From Candidatus Culexmicrobium cathedralense (GTDB lineage Archaea > Thermoproteota > Methanomethylicia > Culexarchaeales > Culexmicrobiaceae), in NCBI GenBank assembly GCA_025061115.1, contig JANZKC010000001.1, forward strand, positions 416,001-480,000: a stretch of DNA of 64,000 bases, in the 5' to 3' direction. Of this stretch, positions 60,341 through 64,000 are shown piece by piece. The notes under the pieces were generated by a model that worked only from the letters and a program-made list of their open reading frames with translations, made no database searches and was not told where the DNA came from. Position 1 is the first letter of the stretch; each line of letters starts with the position of its first letter. A program made the position numbers and the translations under genes.

Positions 60341-60664
60341 CTACTGCTGCTTTTTATCTGAGAAAAGCTTTATCAGCGCATCTTCATCTATCACGAGATT
60401 CAAGTAAATTCTCCCCTCCCTAACCGCTACATTTTCAACTCTGAAGTTTACGTGGAGATCATCCGCAGCAAGATTACGCGTTGAAATCAGCTGCTTCGAC
60501 TTCTCCGACCCATCACTACTCGAAATCACTTTAACTGCATACCTCTTCGCAAGCCTTCTAGCTATAGCGTAGTTATAGGCTACTGGGAAAGCGCCTGCGA
60601 CCAGGTATGTCAATAAGAGAGCTGCATCCTCCAGCAATTCCATCACCAAGTTAATTTTATGCAC
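60341..60664 (-). CDS. Hypothetical single-TM protein
   Basis: One hydrophobic segment; stop 2 nt before the NRAMP start. Confidence 0.55.
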   Translation of the reverse strand: MHKINLVMELLEDAALLLTYLVAGAFPVAYNYAIARRLAKRYAVKVISSSDGSEKSKQLISTRNLAADDLHVNFRVENVAVREGRIYLNLVIDEDALIKLFSDKKQQ

Positions 60665-60815
60665 TGGAAAGCTATTGCCTTTATGAATTTACTTTTGTAA
60701 ATCAACGCAGAAGAATACGGAGCGAATACACCTTGAAACTGCAAGCGAAGTCATACGCGTATAACCTAACTTAAATAAGGAAAATAAGTGAAAATAGCTA
60801 GCGAGTGGTGAAACG

Positions 60816-62027
60816 GTGAGGAAAGCCCGCCTTCACTTCATGCTAATAACAATTTTAATTGTAATTTTAACAGCCAACTCGACAGTCGCCCTTACAGCTA
60901 AATCAATCTCTCAAAAATATGTCGTCGGCTACGAAATAACAATCGTAAATGAAGGAAACAAAACCTACCCACTAGAAGACATGGAAAAATTGACTTTAAT
61001 ACCAGAAGACAATCATCAAAAGCTGATTTCAGTCACGCTTAAAATCAATGGAAATGAAGTAGACTGGAAATTCGCGGGCATTAACGATGAAGGAAACTGG
61101 GAGATAGAAATATTAAATCCACCGGAAAACCTACCACCAAACTCACGAATAAGCCTAGAAACTCAATTCGAAGTTGAAATTTCGCAGCTAAGCCCTCCAA
61201 CCATAAGCGTGGAAGAATCTGGAGACATCAGCGACATCCCTCAAAACCTAGTAAGGCAGTACTGCAAAATGGAGGGGATCTGGGCCAAAAGCGCGAATGC
61301 GAGCTTACTAGCCAACAGGCTGAAGGGAAATGAAACAAATATTTTGAAAATAGTATTCAAATTCATCAAGTGGATTGAAAACAACATCAAATACCCAATG
61401 GGATTAACCCCCAAGTTACCAACATATCCAGACGAAACAATAGCCTTAGGAGAGGGAGACTGCGATGACCAAGCAAATCTACTAGTTGCAATGTGCAGAT
61501 CAATAGGAATACCAGCGTACACTCAACTATCATTCCTATACATGAAGGGAGAGGAGCCGGTGCGAAGAACCCTTCTAGAAGGACGCTTAACAATTGAAGC
61601 AGTAAACGTCGCTGGACATGGATGGGCAGTTATCTACGTCCCGCCATGGGGATGGATACCGGTGGACATGACGTACTTTGAGGGCGAAAAGCTGGTTTCA
61701 GGGAGGATAATTAGCATAAATATAGAGGATCACATACGGGGAGCAGCATTATTCCACGTCGCAGCCCTAGTAACAGAAAACATCGTGAAGAGCGATTACA
61801 TTAAAGAACTCAAAGAATGGATGAGCGAACTCAAAGAGTACAATTTAAAATGGAGCGAAAAATATTACATGCTAATTAAGGAGCCCAAAAAACCTAGAGA
61901 TGGCATGATAATTGCATCAGCAATCGGCCTCATAGCTCTAACATCAGCAACCTTCGCAGTGTACTTTTACGTGAAGAAAAGAAGAACAACAAGCTTAGCG
62001 CCAACAACAATTAATAAGGTGAATTAG
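60816..62027 (+). CDS. Secreted transglutaminase-like (Cys-His-Asp) protein with C-terminal anchor
   Basis: Signal peptide, GDCDDQA.L.VAMCRSIGIPA, GHGW, GWIPVDMT, C-terminal TM. Confidence 0.9.
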   Translation: MRKARLHFMLITILIVILTANSTVALTAKSISQKYVVGYEITIVNEGNKTYPLEDMEKLTLIPEDNHQKLISVTLKINGNEVDWKFAGINDEGNWEIEILNPPENLPPNSRISLETQFEVEISQLSPPTISVEESGDISDIPQNLVRQYCKMEGIWAKSANASLLANRLKGNETNILKIVFKFIKWIENNIKYPMGLTPKLPTYPDETIALGEGDCDDQANLLVAMCRSIGIPAYTQLSFLYMKGEEPVRRTLLEGRLTIEAVNVAGHGWAVIYVPPWGWIPVDMTYFEGEKLVSGRIISINIEDHIRGAALFHVAALVTENIVKSDYIKELKEWMSELKEYNLKWSEKYYMLIKEPKKPRDGMIIASAIGLIALTSATFAVYFYVKKRRTTSLAPTTINKVN

Positions 62028-62049
62028 GTCAAAATAATACGGTGTGACC

Positions 62050-62571
62050 ATGGATTTATTCGAAGCTATTAAAGGCAGGAGGAGCATTAGGAGATTCGTA
62101 AGAAAAGAGGTGCCGGAAGAGCATGTAAAACGAATTTTAGAAGCAGCCATCTGGGCGCCCTCAGCAGGTAATCTTCAACCCTGGGAGTTCATCATCATAA
62201 GAGATGAAAAAGTGAAGACTGAAATTGCAAGAGCAGCCCTAGGTCAAATGTGGATCACAGAAGCACCCGTAGTAGTTGTTGTATGCGCAAATGAGCTTAG
62301 AAGCGCAAGACACTACGGGGAAAGAGGAAGAAGCCTATACTGCATCCAAGATACGGCAGCAGCCACTCAAAACATGCTATTAGCAGCACACGCACTTGGC
62401 TATGGAACTTGCTGGGTTGGAGCATTCCTGGAGAATGAAGTTAAGCAAGTACTAAATCTACCAGAACACGTCCGCCCAGTAGCAATCATACCCATAGGAG
62501 TCCCAGGAGAGAAGCCAGCTCCAAGACCTAGAATTCCACTCAACCAAGTAGTACACTACGAAAAGTACTAG
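62050..62571 (+). CDS. Nitroreductase family protein
   Basis: RRSIRRF, APSAGNLQPWEF, QNMLLAAHALGYGTCWVG. Confidence 0.96.
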   Translation: MDLFEAIKGRRSIRRFVRKEVPEEHVKRILEAAIWAPSAGNLQPWEFIIIRDEKVKTEIARAALGQMWITEAPVVVVVCANELRSARHYGERGRSLYCIQDTAAATQNMLLAAHALGYGTCWVGAFLENEVKQVLNLPEHVRPVAIIPIGVPGEKPAPRPRIPLNQVVHYEKY

Positions 62572-62933
62572 ACTACTCACTTGCTAGAGACCTGGAGCAC
62601 TATGGTAACTATGGAAACTTTGTGTTCATAAACTCGAGAACTGAATTAATTTCGGAAGTCATCATGCATTCGCTGAGGATGGCAAACCCTTAACTTGCAA
62701 CCTGTGATGCGCGGGGATGCAGTTCTCAATGGACCCCCAACAAATGAAGGAATGTTACAGGAAAGCCCGTGAAAGCTATCAAAGTTCCACAGTATCCAAA
62801 AGATAAAACGCATGCAACATGCCATCGACCAGTATTCGAAGCGTATTCGCCCAGTATTCTCCCAAGATAATTTACAAAAGTAAATTCATAAAGGCAATAC
62901 TTCTAAAGCACATTAGAATTAAAAGGTAAAAGC

Positions 62934-64000
62934 ATGCAAACAAGTAGCGCAGCTGAAACCAAAACACTCACAAGTAAAGTCAACATCCACAAAAAATTAG
63001 CAAGAAAGGTAGTAGGAGACATAGGAAATTGGAGAGAAATGGCCATTTTCACCTATGAAAACACAATACTAAAGAAATTCAGAGTAATTCCAGAAATACT
63101 GGCACTAGCAATAGCACACGAAGCCTGGAGACAGCGAAAAACGCGCTCGATAGTAATACTAAATACAAATCACATTGACCCAGACGTAGCTCTAGAGATT
63201 ATCGATGAATTTGAAAGCCCTCCATCAATATTCGAATTCGGAATTGAAAACATCAGCTTCAATACTCTTCCCAGAATTAAAATAAGCTTCGAAAGGCTGA
63301 AAACGCGAGGAGAAATTCTTGGAAAAATAATTAAAGGCATTGCCCCCGAAAAAAACCACAAAATCAGCGAACAACAATTCGAAAAAGTGGAGAGCGTAAA
63401 TGAGCTCAGCGAACTCTTAATTAAAACCTTAAAGCCCCCAAGCATTAGCGAGATTCTGGAAGATAAACTTCGTCAAAATAAGAATAAAGGGAAGTTGACG
63501 ACAGTAGCACAAGCAGTAGGAATTATAGGAGGACTCATTTTCCAGCCGCTGGCAGTAGCTCCACATGGATTAAAGATGGTTCAAGAACTCGTAAAAGCAA
63601 TCCAAAACGGAAAGGAAATGCATTATAAGGACTGGGAAAAAGCAATTGAAAAGGGATTTAGCGCAGAAAAGGTAAAGCAAATAGTAGACCTGAGAGGTAT
63701 GACACCTCTTGTAGAGGGAATAGAGGATAGCGGATGGGCAGTAGTTCTAAACACAACTGCAGAAACCATGTACGAGCCACTATCCCTATACATGACTTGG
63801 AATGCCATAGAAACAGTTTCAAGAGAACTTGGAGAAGCACTTGGAGTCCTAGCTGATGGAGATAGCCTCATACAGATTCCAGCAGCAGGAGAGGTAATTA
63901 GAGAACTAGTGGAGAGTGAAATGAGTATTAGACTAGCATACATATTCAGGTGCAAAGGCAGAAAACACCCTGAAAATATAATGCACATAAAAAAGTACAT
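62934..64000 (+). CDS. Hypothetical protein (>355 aa), 3'-truncated by the window edge
   Basis: Uninterrupted frame from ATG 62934 (MQTSSAAETK...HIKKY) to the end; the minus-strand ORFs there are its shadows. Confidence 0.8.
   Translation, partial: MQTSSAAETKTLTSKVNIHKKLARKVVGDIGNWREMAIFTYENTILKKFRVIPEILALAIAHEAWRQRKTRSIVILNTNHIDPDVALEIIDEFESPPSIFEFGIENISFNTLPRIKISFERLKTRGEILGKIIKGIAPEKNHKISEQQFEKVESVNELSELLIKTLKPPSISEILEDKLRQNKNKGKLTTVAQAVGIIGGLIFQPLAVAPHGLKMVQELVKAIQNGKEMHYKDWEKAIEKGFSAEKVKQIVDLRGMTPLVEGIEDSGWAVVLNTTAETMYEPLSLYMTWNAIETVSRELGEALGVLADGDSLIQIPAAGEVIRELVESEMSIRLAYIFRCKGRKHPENIMHIKKY

Noticed and set aside
62640-62720. Minus-strand ATGATGA C-box, and a 9-nt match (TGCGCGGGG) to the sRNA D guide
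   Set aside because: No correctly spaced D'/D boxes; a 9-nt match is plausible by chance in 64 kb
1-64000. Dozens of 60-270 aa ORFs antisense or out of frame to identified genes (e.g. 13529-14344, 25144-25725, 10757-11269, 57906-58418, 63170-63445)
   Set aside because: Shadows of well-supported genes: Ser/Leu/Phe-rich antisense composition and no motifs
1-64000. CRISPR array, rRNA, IS/transposase, integrase, Sec/Pyl read-through
   Set aside because: No regularly spaced repeats, no long GC-rich structural RNA, no DDE or tyrosine-recombinase motifs, and no conserved gene interrupted by an in-frame TGA or TAG

Overview
A gene-dense 64 kb segment of an archaeal chromosome, most consistent with a thermophilic, anaerobic TACK/Thermoproteota lineage. 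Markers are eS25, a single-OB-fold SSB, TIP49, Alba, Rpo12, TFB, ThyX, class III RNR, an FrhB-family protein and a DUF2098-like protein; the lineage call is inference. About 65 CDS, mostly housekeeping: nucleotide, thiamine and riboflavin metabolism, tRNA synthetases and DNA repair. Features missing from the ORF track include an intron-containing tRNA-Gln(CUG), a well-formed box C/D guide RNA, rpoP, the 5' part of guaA and a 3'-truncated ORF at the window end. No rRNA, CRISPR array, transposase or integrase was seen. Main oddities: (1) an overlapping pair of paralogous HhH-GPD/4Fe-4S glycosylase-like genes, the first fused to a terpene-cyclase/prenyltransferase-like QW-repeat domain (10614-13317); (2) a four-gene uncharacterised membrane complex operon containing DUF6754 (25774-28721); (3) an AT-rich ABC-export islet with a frameshifted Trp/Cys-rich peptide remnant; (4) a stand-alone AEP primase-like gene; (5) a membrane-anchored HerA/VirB4-like ATPase coupled to XPD; (6) a catalytically eroded ThyA-like gene behind TIP49. 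All calls come from motif recognition by eye; no database searches were run.
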